Origin: Ophelia neglecta
Taxonomy: Eukaryota
Direction: 5' to 3'
Assembly (NCBI GenBank): GCA_965285935.1
Contig: OZ260663.1
Coordinates: 87,544,001 to 87,608,000 of the forward strand
DNA length: 64,000 nucleotides
Made by a program: the position numbers and the translations under genes. Under the pieces are notes generated by a model. The model saw only the letters and a list, made by a program, of their open reading frames with translations, was not told the DNA's origin and searched no databases. Shown one piece after another: positions 1 through 13,855 of the stretch. Position 1 is the stretch's first letter. Every line of letters starts with the position of its first letter.

Positions 1-268
1 TGGTGAAGCCTGGGATGTCACCCTTTCACTCAGGTTTGTCTTAATGTAACATTGGATTTGTAATCACGCCTATCACCTTAGAACTCCTTACGTCAATAGT
101 ACACCAGTAAACACATTCATCCACCAATGAGGTAGACATTTTCACAACAGATGTTTCATCTGAGAATATCTCAAGTTGGCCTTATTAATAAAAATAGCAC
201 CTGATTAGTCTCATTAAGAATCCATATATTTCCGGAATCAGACGCTCCTATTTTTTATAAACTAATCA

Positions 269-340
269 AATTACCTACCGCTAATAAAGCCTTATAACTG
301 CAGAATTGTACTTACCTAAAACGAAAGAAAAGATCATTAG
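269..340 (-). other. Recursive splice site (junction 316|315) with 37- or 41-nt RS-exon (315-279 or 315-275)
   Basis: Minus strand reads CTAATgatcttttctttcgttttAG|GTAAGTAcaattctGCAGTTataaggctttattagcg|GTAG|GTAATT. A branch-point-like CTAAT lies at 340-336. Confidence 0.72.
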
Positions 341-3300
341 AAATATGTTTAAATCAACAGGTTAAATCGTAATTCTGCATAAAAGTAATTTTAACATGCA
401 TATTCAGAACAATTTAATCCATGAGCATCTCAAAATATATTTAAGATATCATCATAAAGTTTAGGTATCATTTAGTTGTCGTATTGTATTAAAAGGAAAT
501 GACATCACTATCTTTTGGTTGAATTGCATACGTAAATATTACCACGCTTTGTACGATAGTTGATATATTGTTCCCTTACATTTCCTTCCTCGGGGTACAC
601 ATGTGACATTCATTTAATCTTTCACGTGGTTACCAAGTATCTTATTATATAACCATACATTCGTGAAAGATGTTCTACCTAATGCGATAATAGCAACCAG
701 GCTGTCAACGGAAATGAAGAGTAACTAAATGCCAGTATGGCCATATTATATGATACTAGCATGAATAGTTACTCATGTCTTGTCTTGAAATACGGTACAG
801 CAATATCACTGAAACCAATGAGAACCCGGAATGATTCTATAAGCCGTTACTGTATGCATGTAAATTCTACAATTTTCAAAAGGCGAAACCTTGTCTTAAG
901 TTCAATGACCGTCCAACGCAATATAACACTGCTCGTAGATTAATCATGTGCATTCTTATTCCTGATGTACAATCGCGAGGGTACATGCGTTTCAGGCAGG
1001 CAAGGTTATATGGTTGAATCATGATACAGAAATAACAAAGGTAAACCAACGACAAAAGGCTGACCTTTAAAATTATGTATATATCTAATAAACCGAAAAG
1101 CAAAAACAAGTTAAAACCTTACTGAATCACTCTTGCTAATTAACACAATTCGATAAGTACCCCTATCTTTTCTATGGTGATCGCGCAATTTAAAATGTGT
1201 CATAAATTCCATGTAAATCAGAGGCGTCCGAAACTATACGGCGATGTTTTATAGATACTGATTAGAGGAGGCAATTAAAAAACTTCATTACAATGGAATG
1301 TTGAATACGTTATGATATACAAACTAATTAGTACATACTAACATGTGGTGAATAGGAGCGTCTATAAAAGTATTGATACAGGTTTCATGTGGACGATAAC
1401 AAGAGTTGGTTCTAAGAGGTCTTATAATAAAGTGGCTTTTTGTTAAAGCTTAAAAGCCATACCGTTTTTGATATTAGATTAAACATTGTTATTTGGCTTG
1501 TCTACCTAAGTGGGGCTGCGGCTGCTGGTTCCTGACGATCTATGGCTCACTTAATGGTCAATCCTATATTAGTGATTGTTTTGGGTATCCCTCCAAGTTT
1601 TCAGGTGGGTATCCCTTCCCATTTTTGGTGTTGCGTTAATGATGATTTTAGTGGCCTTTATCTGTGCATGTCACTATAAATATATACACATTGTACGCGC
1701 TTGACTTCAGTCGAAATAATGGGAAATACCAACGCGCTGCCTACTGTAATTAAACTGTTTATTGCATTGCTTATAACATAGTTACGATTTATCAGGCGAG
1801 TAGCCTCAAATGGAGTAACAAAATTACAAGTATTCTTGCTTGATTAATGCTTTCAAGTAGGGACCCGGAACTTAATCTTGGATAACGGGCGAATTTTCGC
1901 CATTCTGCTGACTCGGAAACACGACTTTGTAATTGGATTTTCCTCATCGCAGAGTGCAAGCAGGTGCTCAAAAGCGGTATGAATTGAAATGCATTACCTC
2001 TTAAATGGCTATTACATTACGCAGCCAGTGTAAGTGTATGCAGATTGCTTGTCATTGGCTAAACACCATACTTCATAGGCTGGAAGTAATCGTGTATATA
2101 TATATATATCTGCACGTCTGTACCTACCTGACTTGAGTTAAGCTGCATTTGTCGAAATAATAAAACCAGTAATCAAATCTGAACCGTATTGAGGGAACTG
2201 GTGCTGGACAAAAGTGGGTTTTCATGTATCCTATTACTTTATTTTTCAATTAAATGATTTACAAGAGTCGTAAGAAAAAATAATCTTGGGAACGTCAGTT
2301 GCGGCACAGCATACGGCAAACATCATCCCCGTCAGTAAAGGCAAATGTATTAAAAGTTTTCAAAAATAGAGGCAAATCATTTTCAGGAATTAACTATGAG
2401 AGGCAGTCTCAACAGGAATCACCCACCCATTGGTTTACGCAAGACAAATATGAAACACGTCTTTTTTCTAGATTTTATGTCGTTTTTTTTAGTTTCCTGC
2501 TATTGATACTATAATTACTTATTATAATAGTAGGAAACATTCTCGTTGAAAGCCATAATGGATGAGGATATAAAGCATTCTTGTATGCAGATACACTGGC
2601 TTAACGTTCCTTAAAGCGAAAGTCTGCCGAATCCTGCAATGCTTTGACATTTATCGGGTCATCAAGTTCCCGACTAGCAAATGAAATCTATTCTATTGGA
2701 ACGGCAGCAGACCAATCAGTTAAACACAATACTAATTATTATTTTATCATAATAAAACTATATTGAAAAAAATTATATCTGCAATTTCGCGCCAACCTGT
2801 TTCAATATTATTTTTAATGGCTCACTTAATTCATCTCCAAGGCATATAAAACTATTTTGCCCGATTCAATGGTAATTCAATGAGTGGAAAGATGCATCCT
2901 CACTTTTCACACCCTAATGTAATAGATTAAAAGCGTGTTACCTGTTCGTTCACAATCGGTCCGTACAATAGTTTGATTAGTAATTAGTTATATTATAAAT
3001 AGCACGACACCTTGACGTTATATTTGAGGGGCTAGACTGCCTGTATTTCTTGCGAACATGGAAATGATTTATATTTTGTTGCATAAAAATGCACCGGTAT
3101 TTGTTATTAAGCGATGGACTATCATGCATTTCCAGAAGATATATTGGGCTGTATAAAAAAGGCAGCACCCAGATAAAACACACACTCATTGAACTACCAC
3201 AACTTTAAATCATCATGCATTGTTCTAATTCAAGCTAGTCTGGAAGAAACCTACTTCCGTTGATTGGTTACGCACATGATACAATGAGAATGCGTCATAA

Positions 3301-4049
3301 AACAGAAATAAACCAAGAAATGTGATGCAAATTAATTATTTTCTCTCTTCTCGCACTATCAGCACATGTCTGTTAACATGGCAGTTTGGCCATCCATTAT
3401 CGAGTAAAGACATAAAGGTAAGTGAATATAATAAGTAATTGATCACATTCTCTTGTCCGCGCTATTATTCAAGGCTGGGCGTAAGATTTATTTCTGGACA
3501 CAATTTCTACGATATACATTTACTATTTCACAGTACATATACATAATATCAGCAGATGTGAATCGCTATACCTGTGGCTTTGATAGAATGCAGCCCACCA
3601 GGACATGTCAAGAGCTCTGCCGGAAGCGAGATAGCATGGAAGGAAAGTATCACTTAATATACCTGCAAGTCCGGTAGCAACGAGAGTAAAGACTGGTGTA
3701 AAAAATGAGAATGTTACCATCTACACCTGAAGACATAGTTCGACATTGCATTCTGACAGAATACTTGGCAAAGATATCCTGTACGTATTATAAATTACTG
3801 CTAGAAGGAAATGTTTCAAGGTCACAACAAAACCCTACGCCATACATTATTTTCATTTTATAAAATATGTCTGGGTAGTCAAAGAACCTGACATAAACAA
3901 ATTAAACATGGTATCTCTGAAAGCGTTTGTCGAAAGATAAAAGCATTCGTTGTTAAGGCGCTGACAAAGGCCGGAAATCCTGAAAGGATATTTTCTTATA
4001 TACGGACTTTATTTCAGACTAATAAAAACACCGTGTTTATCATTGGAAA

Positions 4050-6000
4050 CTATTCCTTAACTTTTCTTCCTGCGTCATTGATTCATAATGGAATCAAGGG
4101 CTGACCTTTGGTACGACAATGAACCAGTTTTCGAAAAGAAGATAAAGAAATATATTCCAAAAAAAAAGAATAATTCGCACATTGATATCTAGAATTAGGA
4201 GGAGGTAATAATAAGAAATTAACCCAAAGTAATCTATGATGTGAAGCGATGCATGAAAATGATTTTTAAGATATCAGCTTTCTCTAAAACATATTAGATT
4301 CAGCAGTGACATGGTTCATTTACTTACGCCTAGGGAAGTTTCGCATATTAAATAAGAAGGAAATAAGGCCAACTGCCAAATTTTGTCAGATGACATAAAA
4401 CCTACCGACTCGACTTGTAACAAGGAACAAGAACCTATATTTGGATCAATAGTGTTCACGACATCGCCAGTTTTTTTATGCGGATTGTATATACTCTCAG
4501 GGATGGTATCAATCATAGACGGTGGTCTGTTTTCAAAAGTTCATTTTTCTTTAGCATATTAAGTAAGCCGTTACGACCTCAAAATATGACTTTACTGTGG
4601 AATGCATATATGATAAGTACAGTATATATTTTCAGCTTACAAGTTACATAGATATGCCACTGAGTTATATGTTGTGTGTATATCATTTTTCACTTACTAT
4701 GCGGTAGGCTGCATCATATTCTCAAAAGAAAACTTACATTTGAATTTGAACATCAAAACCTTAAAGCCACTTATAACTCATTCACGCCTATACTTTTAAT
4801 AACAAATCACACGCTGCCTGCTGAAATAAGATCGTTTTATTGGCGTGGAGTAGCTAATGAGGTATTTATTATCTAATGTGCATTCTGTGTAAGCACACAT
4901 TTACTGGTAGACAGAGGAATGTTATGGAAAAAGTTTATTTTGTAATCGAGAATTCAGATTAGTGTTCCTGGTAAATATGGTGTGGATAAAATCTTATCAC
5001 TGTCACATGTAGAGCATGGCGTGAAATACTTTCTTGAACAGGCTCAGATTTCACCACCAATTTGATAACCAACACAGACAATAACTCAACCGTTGGATGT
5101 TGCTCTTAACAAAATATCCACATTTTTCACGTTCTTACACATTAATTTACGAGTTTTCGCTATAGATTTTTTTGGATGCCTACTTGGGAGAGGTAATATT
5201 CCAATCAACGCATTGGACACATCGGCCAGTTTGATCAATAATGGTTTTCTTTCCCTTGACAGGCAATTCGTCATGATCAGATGAAAAGTTATTTGAAATT
5301 TTTATGATGAATGGGAGAAGATCTCTTACAAGTGCCAACGATTTTCTCGCATGGATTCACGTTTCTACTCCACTTCATTATTTTTTGGACGCTATCAATA
5401 ACTGCAGATGTTTCGAATGTGCCCGCGTTTGGCACACGACCCCTTCTCATCTTTTTTCAATATTCAGTGTCACAACGAAGTCAGACAGTATACCAATCGT
5501 CTTGCTGACTACCAAGTTATAGCTATTTGATACACTGATTTATAGGTCCACTTAATGGCATTTTTCAAACTGTTTTTTTCTAGAATGTTCCTATGACAAA
5601 CAGTTAATATTTGCCGGATGCTATGTTAAACATTTTAAGAGTCTCAAACATGACGGTCTGAATCATGCTGTGTGAACTTTGGATCAAACGTTCTTAACAA
5701 AGGTCATCGGCTTGTGTGGCCATGCCACCTCGAATGAGTATTATGTTACAAAACAGTGATCCAAATCTATCACCAACCATATGCGGATCACGACGAAAAG
5801 CCACACTCTTTGTAAAGCATCATTCGACTCATTTTCGACAGTAATCTTTGAGAGCAGGAAGCTGAGGCAAGGTCAGTGGTAGAACACACCATCCTAGTAA
5901 GATTGAAACGTATTAATAACTGTCCTCACCGCCCAGTAACACATAATTACGCTTCAGGGCACTGATATATTGGACATTTTTTAATATCTGCAGTAGGAAA
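4050..6000 (-). mobile_element. Highly decayed Ty3/Gypsy LTR-retrotransposon gag-pol relic
   Basis: Minus-strand translations give a gag-like FRRD(P) at ~5784-5799, a zinc-knuckle remnant GSCAKRGHIRNIC at ~5404-5442, ELPVKGK...VDWN at ~5195-5270 (resembles the protease C-terminal end) and SCSLLQVESVGFMSSDK at ~4380-4435 (resembles RT KCxF..VEYLGH.IS). The order is gag-PR-RT. There are many stops and deletions, boundaries are approximate, and no LTRs were recognised. Confidence 0.55.
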
Positions 6001-7065
6001 TAAATCATCTTTTAAGTATGCTGTCAATGCGATTATCTATCAGCGCATGTATCATAAAGTGTCCCTTTAACAGAAGTTATATTACGGGCATTGTATGAGA
6101 TGGCGGAGGGGCAGCTCAATTTAACATATTTATGGCTGAAATAAAAGGGATGGGCTAACCCAAGAGACCCAGGATACATTTTTCGAAGCCATAATCATTC
6201 AGTTCAATAAATTGCAGAGTATGTACAAAATCAAATTTTGAAGTATTTGGTTAATCAGTAGTATAATTGTTAGAAAAAAGAGTCTTCATTTCGTTGTAAA
6301 TTGCATTTTTATGCTTATTTCTTACAAAACAAGTCCTTAGAAACAAATTAATTAACATCTCTCTATCATTTAAAAAAAGAATTACCATTGAACTTGACAC
6401 CTGTCAGTAAAAACTAGGCCTAAATATGAATTGAGCTGCTTACCATGGCAACCACTTGCAGTGTTAAGTTCATTAACGTCTCATAGTATCCATTGACATA
6501 TTAACATTAACGTACTAAACCAAAATAATCTATGTCAAATGTGAGCCGGTATACAGGGATTCATGTTATTTTGTATATCCTTGGTAACAATGGCAACGGG
6601 CAAAAAACTGTCATTTGATACCCATACTACCCTCATGACTTTCCATGGACATTTTGTTTATTATTAGGACATTCAATGTGAACCATGGCTATGGCAGGTC
6701 ATGTGACCAACAAGACGTTGCAATTAAAATCGTTTATATTCCCAGCTCCTAGACTTCTATTAAATGTATGAGATAGAATAGTTACATACATCTGTCTAGG
6801 AGCTCTAGGTTAGGGGCAAGAACCTGAATATATAATATAATTTATTAGTAACTTGCCTATTTAATTCATTAACATATTGGCACCACTCTGCTAAGTAAAC
6901 GTGTTTACTTTTTTCACTGGGAATACAGATTTTGAAGACAGTCGATTCCTTCTCGAGAGCGTGGATTGGGAACCACATATTTATGAGTAACTAGCACCAT
7001 CAACATTTTCCTAACGAACTTGAGTAGAAAAATAACAAAAGTAGATGAAAACATTTAAGTCGGTT

Positions 7066-7200
7066 GGGATAAATTAATGAACTAATAATTGTCACTTACG
7101 CTTTTGACTAAAAGCAACCTTTTTAATATTCTCCCGTGGGGTTAAATTAATGACTAATCAAAAATTAATATCTACTCCTTGGACTTAAATCAACATATTT
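7066..7200 (+). repeat. Diverged tandem duplication, ~73-bp period
   Basis: GGG.TAAATTAATGA(A)CTAAT...TT.GACT.AA..CAAC appears twice. Confidence 0.65.
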
Positions 7201-10200
7201 CAAATCTTTTGATCACAGAAAACTATAAACTCAGTAGACAGGGGCATAACGACTTGGTTACACCGAAGAAATAAAATATAAACGGCTTTCATTTACAAAA
7301 GTAACTTTCCGAACGATGGTTCAACATGCCGCATCTCCAAGTTTAAATTGGAACTTCAATAGAACGTGTGATCGCTCATTTCCGCGAAGACGCTATCGAT
7401 TTCAAAACCTATTTCATGGTTGAATATTATTCCCCGGAGGATACAAAAGCGAATTAAAAGTCCACAACCTTTCTCTGTTGCAGCCGACTGTCATTGTGGA
7501 ATTTCGACTTTCGATCAATGGCCTGGTTTTTTTTATAACCTACTAGGTTTCATTATCGTTTCATATTGCCCGCTTTTTCGATATTTTTTTGTGTGTGTAG
7601 TGGATATGACTGGGGGACACACTATAACGGAAAGCTGACCCAATCCTTTATGTTCCTAGGGAAAACAGTGACGTCGAGGGCTAGGCTCGTAAACTAGGTT
7701 AAGACAAGGGAAAGGACAGATACTTGCCAATCTACTTATTTCAATCCATATCCCTAACTATCATTCTAACATGAAGGGGCTTAGACAGAATGAAGCTTTG
7801 GTAGTATTACACCATTCTTGTTGAGGAAAGGGATTTCGTTTGAAGGATTTCTCCAGCCTACCTTTTCATCAGTATCCTATGATATGCATTGTTATTCATT
7901 TGTTTCATATGAGATATGAGCAGTCTGGTTAATATGCCATGTTATTCCTTCTTTTCACTTGATAACCCCTGCTGTAACAATGAGTATCGGCCGGTTGCAT
8001 GATTACTGATTTAGTCTCAAGATGAATTCTGTATCTTCTTATATTCTTGTAAAATGCAGAGGTTTATAACCAAATATATATATATGCAAAAATTAATAAA
8101 TACACATAGTAAACCAAAGTGTCAAATTGTACTCCAAACGAAAGAAAGTTAGAAAAATCATTCTATTTGAACACCCTTTGTCTATTATAACAATGTAAGT
8201 AGAGTTCTGTCGTATAATATAGCTGATTAACTATTTCGCAATGTTTCGTTATTTTCGTAAATTTGGCTTATATCTGACGTTTGGTAATAAGAGCTAAGCT
8301 GGAAATGAATAAAGACTTATAGACAATACATTTTACCCACCGTGGATTGGCAGGTACTGCTGTACTGACTAGCTACCATATTCTATTTACTTTATTGGTT
8401 ACCCTCCGGTGGAGTCTTCATCATAGCTGGCCACGCTTAAACCACAAGCGATGATGCTATTATGAGCCGCAAAATATGAATAGACCTGGTGTGTGCCTGT
8501 CTAGTTCTATGATATATTGCGCGTTTCAAGAGAATCTTTACATTAAATTGTCATTGCAATTTGGGATCATCAAAAACTAAACAATTTACAGTTAACCTTG
8601 TTCTGCATTAGGTTTCATTTTGCAATAAAACTACAAATGATTTCTTTGAAATAAAACGAGCCACTAATCTTTCACTTCTGCCATTTTAATCAAGTTATTT
8701 TCAAATCATTAAATGAAACCTAGAATGAATTAATTTCCTCCAAATCTGAGAGTGCATAAATGCCGCGCGTCTTTGAATGAAAAATTTTATGCATAAAATA
8801 AAACTGACAGACATACAAAGAAAAAAAAATCAATAATATCCCATCGGTCCAGACACGTATACTGTATGCTATCTAAATGTTTGTATTTAAGTGTTGACGT
8901 TTCGCTAACACTAAATAAAAACCGGTTGTGGATACCCGGCAAACTAAATAAGCTCGTCAGACGACAATATTCGAATAAAACGGTAGAAAACGTCTGGAAC
9001 CGTCAGTTGTATGCCCACGAATATATATCTCTTGTTCTCCAACTCTAAATATGTTACGGAAATGATATCATATTTAATAGTACATTCGCTTTTGTCATAT
9101 GTTGCTTAGAGTATTCCAGTTTATTGTCAAGTGTCAATTACAAGTGTATGACTAAGATCAAGGGGAGGTGAAGGAATTTGAAAAAAAAACAAATAACACG
9201 AACAATATATAACATCATATTACAAGGAACATGGCTACATGTACTTGCAGGGATTAATACAATGTTGTTATTGATTAATATTCGTGCAAATTTTGGCATG
9301 CACTAATATTTAATCAAACGTTAAAGAATAATATATAATCATAGATTTGTGTGGTAGACTACCAACATTCAAAAAGCCGTATTGGAACTAAGTATAAATG
9401 GAATCAACCCATCAAGTGTGCATATCCTCTGTATATTACGCAGCTTTTTTTCGTCGTGTGCAACATTTATCAGCATATGTATGTATAGTTTTCAAGCCGT
9501 AAAGACCTGTCAGTGTATATCAAGATATGTGATGATATCAGGTGTGGAGTACAGGTACTATGGCAACTATGGAGAGGAATGTGTTCTGTAATCAAGTGGA
9601 GCATGTTCTGTCACAGGTGGGTGTGAGCAGTTTTCCACCAATCACTCCAGGGTTGCATATATAAAGTTACAGGATGGCCTGTTACTCGGCAGAGAACGCC
9701 ATGTTATTGTATTTGAAAAAGCAAACAAAACTGCCCACTTCGAACCCCTGATCCTCCCGGTTTCGGTTTGTTTTTCGGCTGTCCCTTTCTCTACCCCCTC
9801 CCCCTCCCCCGGTTCCAGTCGCGCCCGTATTGGCTGATGCCAACTAAAATGCCTTCCATACTCAGGATCATTCATAACATCAGTCCCCCTTGTTATTTCC
9901 CCCACCCTCGCCTCTCCTTGCCAGACACCAAAACCCATCACCACCGCTTAGCCATCTCGTAAAAGGCTCTAAATAAATGAAGTGTAGTTTTATTAGCAGC
10001 GAGCATAGAGCATCCGCCAATTTCAGCCATTGACCCGAAGCCATTACGATGGTGGCGAGTTCGGCTCGCGGGCGCTTTTGTTTTAATGTGTGTATTTTGG
10101 CTTTTTCGCGTCAAATTTGAACACTAAAAGCAAGAAAGAATTATATTCTAATAATCATACAGCAATTTAGCAAATTTTCAACTACAAAGCCTGGGTTCTC

Positions 10201-13200
10201 CACACAATAACAGACAGGTTTTTTATTAGATGAAACTGGTGATTAATAAATAACTGGCAAGTATATTTGATATTAAGAGTTCTTCTCCATTTTTCCAATA
10301 TGAAATGAAGAGCGTGTTTACTTTAATCTTCGCTTAGAGGAACAATTTTTGCTACAATGATGAGGGTATTTGCTGTAAATAAATGAGTAACTTTTAGCCG
10401 ATCCGCCTGTTAAACGTAACTTGAAAATAACGTAAAACGGGGCTCTACTTTAAACAAGACGAATCGACCCCCCTATTCATAGCCGGGGTTGGTCAGCAAG
10501 TAGTTTGGGCAATGAAGGAAAACATATCGCAAAAACCCTCTACTAAGACAGGTGAATAGCAAATATTTCAGCCCCATAGACTGTTATTAAAGTAATAATG
10601 TTATGAACACTTATCATTATTTTTATTGTTACTATTACTATTAATTTCTTGTTAGTATTTTGGTCAGTATTAGGATAATGGATGTTAATACTGAAAAATT
10701 AAAATAAAAACCATTGGATAAATGTTGAGCTTCTTCCAAGATCCCTCGGGGCCAGTAGGCAGCCAAATTGGCAGTCATATATTTATGAACACTCTCGTAA
10801 AGTGCATCTACTAGGCATAAATGAACACCATCATCACAGTAACGTCAATGTGCATCAATGTATGGATACCGACATGCTCGCTAATCGCGCCTGTCTTTGC
10901 CAGCAGTATTTCTCGGTGAAATCGCTGATAACCAGGACTAGGAAGGTCGTCGTTACACTGTAATTGTGTGAACTTACACGGACCAGGACTTGCCTTCCTG
11001 TTCAGACACAGCAAGGGCCTCATAAATAATACCTGGCTCTAGGGATTCTGGGTGATTTGTGACGAATTGGCTACTCGTCAGCCGATTAGGAGTTTGCAAA
11101 AGCTTCCAGGGATTGGAGGCATTGAGCGGTCTCATATATTATGTGAAGCGATTCCGTCTAAAAATAAAATGGTACAATATTGTTGTCATGCAATATGTGA
11201 ATTTGAATAATTGTGATTAAAAGCTAAGTATTTGCACACTTCAGCCTCATAATATCACTTACATCATATTCTGTATGAAAAGTTAGATCTGTAATTGCTA
11301 GAAGAATCCCTTGCTGATTCGAATATGTGTCTGGGGTGTTGAAAAAAAACATCACTTGCATCATATCTATGGGAATACATGGGTAAAAACGACACGTCGA
11401 CACAACCCTTATAAAAATCGACGCGTTCGACGCACACGGTTTTTAATCGACCGCGACATACTTTTTTCGATGCTGTTTCATCCGAACCATGACACACATA
11501 AACCCTTACACATTGACACTTAACAACTGATATGTGCTAATCTTTAACGCACAACGAAACTCTGTCCTTACTTTTACGCAAACCCAATTCGAACAATTGG
11601 CCAAACCTATAATGACAATATGGTGATTGCCCACCGGATCAGACTGTGCAGTATATTTTACTGTAAAACACGCTAGCTCAAAAACGGTGTAACAACACAG
11701 TAATTCCTTGTAGGCCTTAGTATTTATACCATATCTCCAGCAGTCTGCTCACTGGCCCGCAGGATGAGTGACTAACAAATACAGCGACAGTTTTTCAATT
11801 TAGTATACTATTAAAGAACCAGTTAGCCGCCGAGCTTTCCCAGGTCGATAGATAAAGTGTAGCCACACACAGATGCGCCCTCTGAGTGTTATTAAGTCAT
11901 GTCCTTTATCTTAATAACAAATCCACGAGGGATGTTATCCTAGGGAATGCTTAAGTTTTTTTCTTTCTTAGACATTTTACATAAAGTGTCAAACATTTTG
12001 CAGAGTTATCATCTCCTAGATTATATCAGTTAAGTTGCTGTATGAGCTTAAGCTTACCTTATGAAACGTTCATATTGGCTAAATGTTGAACCAGACACAT
12101 GCAGATGAATTTATGGTGTTATTGATATAATATGTATTTGCTCCAAATATTTTAAAACAAATGTGGGTTTAGATATAATTTAACTTTAGATAATTACGAT
12201 GAACAATAATATAATAAAAAAGATATTTAAGTGGTTGTGAATACGCAGCAACTACTTTATATGAAAATAGATTTTACATCCGCAATACAGAATATAATAT
12301 TACATTTGACATATAATAGCTAAAGTGCCCATAACCGCTGTGTACCACTTTGAAAGTCTATTGAATTGAGGTTAAATCAGTCTTTTGGGTAAGGGAATAA
12401 TTGTATCTGACGCCAGCAACTAATCAAGGCCACAAAAGCTGGTATTATATAATATATGTACTCGATTCATGATGGTTTCGGACATTTAAAATGGACTATT
12501 CTCGACCAATGATTTGCTTTTTCTGTCGGGTACCCACTCCCGTTTTTCACCTTGACACAATCGGCTAGTTTGGTGACCTGCCACCTGGAAATATTGTGAT
12601 CCGCACAAGTATAACCATTTGGAATCTTTGGAGATATTTTGGACCCACTCACATTACATTAATTCACTTGCATTCCTTCACAAATCATAAAAATACTACA
12701 ATTTCCACAAGATATTAATAACAATATTAATTATAAAATTGAAATATATACCGGTTTGTTTTCATTCATATTTAACAAAGACTCTTTGTGAAAAAACCAT
12801 TTACTCTCGATTTATTCATTCGTCAGGTTAAATAAGCCAACAGAGAGTGATATCGGCATATGACTGTTGAAAGCATGTCAAAATCAAACCAATCAAGGTA
12901 TTCATCGGCTAGGAAAGCATGATATTTGTCACGTAGTTTTTGACGGGTGAGGATGAATGTCACGGAATTTGCAGCTGTTTTGCATATTGCCACCACTATT
13001 AATCGTACCTAGATGAGCATGCTCTTTACAATTATGACAACAACAAATTTCCGACAGAACAGGCTTGCGCTGTGACATTTACTGAAGTTGATATTCTACC
13101 TGTATTGCTCACTCGTATTCTCTGGGAAGGGCGGCATTACAAACCGCCATCGGTCTTAAGTGGACAGAGAAACCAACTCTGTTTAAACACCAGGAACAAA

Positions 13201-13820
13201 ACAAATCAGGTACGGCTAGACTTTAATTATTGGCTTAATATCATGGTATATCGGTTACTCAATCCACCATATCGCTAGACTAATACATGGAAACAAAATC
13301 TTGATACTAGAAATACTCATCTTTTATAATTTCCGCACGCAACCGCAAATTGCTTTTTATTGTAACTACCATTATGCTAGTTGGCCAATACACCATTTGG
13401 TGGCTGTAGAATACTGTCAAGTATGTAGATGGATATGATGTTAAAATCCTCAGAAGTTTTTATGTTCTATTTCTTCCTGAGGGCGAATAATATGCCTCAA
13501 ATTTAATCGGATTAAATCCACTAAACTACGTTTAAAGTGAGCTATGCTTTAAAATGCACTACACCCTCTGCAGTCAATCGATCAATGTGGCCTTGTTAAT
13601 AATAACTTCGCGACACCATACAAAGTCATTCAGTTTGCTATAATATTGAAAATGTTATTCCTCGCAAAGGGATGAATAATAACACACTATAATTAACAAA
13701 GTTAAATGGTTGTTCTATTTATACCATTCATAGCATTCTTATTGTATCTATCTTGTTTTGAAGGACCACCAACTCTCTTCAAATCCATTTTGTTTGTTTA
13801 CGATGACTGACCAAATTATG

Positions 13821-13855
13821 GCTTCGCCCTTCCTAAAATCCTGGATCCGCCACTG
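13821..13855. mobile_element. Solo terminal inverted repeat of a non-autonomous DNA element (AAAATCCTGGATCCGCCACTG)
   Basis: Resembles the CAGTGGCGGATCCAGG-type ends common in invertebrate MITEs. A related TAGATCCGCCAGCG occurs at ~39727-39740. No partner TIR was found. Confidence 0.45.

Noticed and set aside
6130-6720. CCATGGCAAC/ATGGCAAC-rich stretch reminiscent of non-autonomous DNA transposons
   Set aside because: No TIRs or TSD could be delimited by eye.
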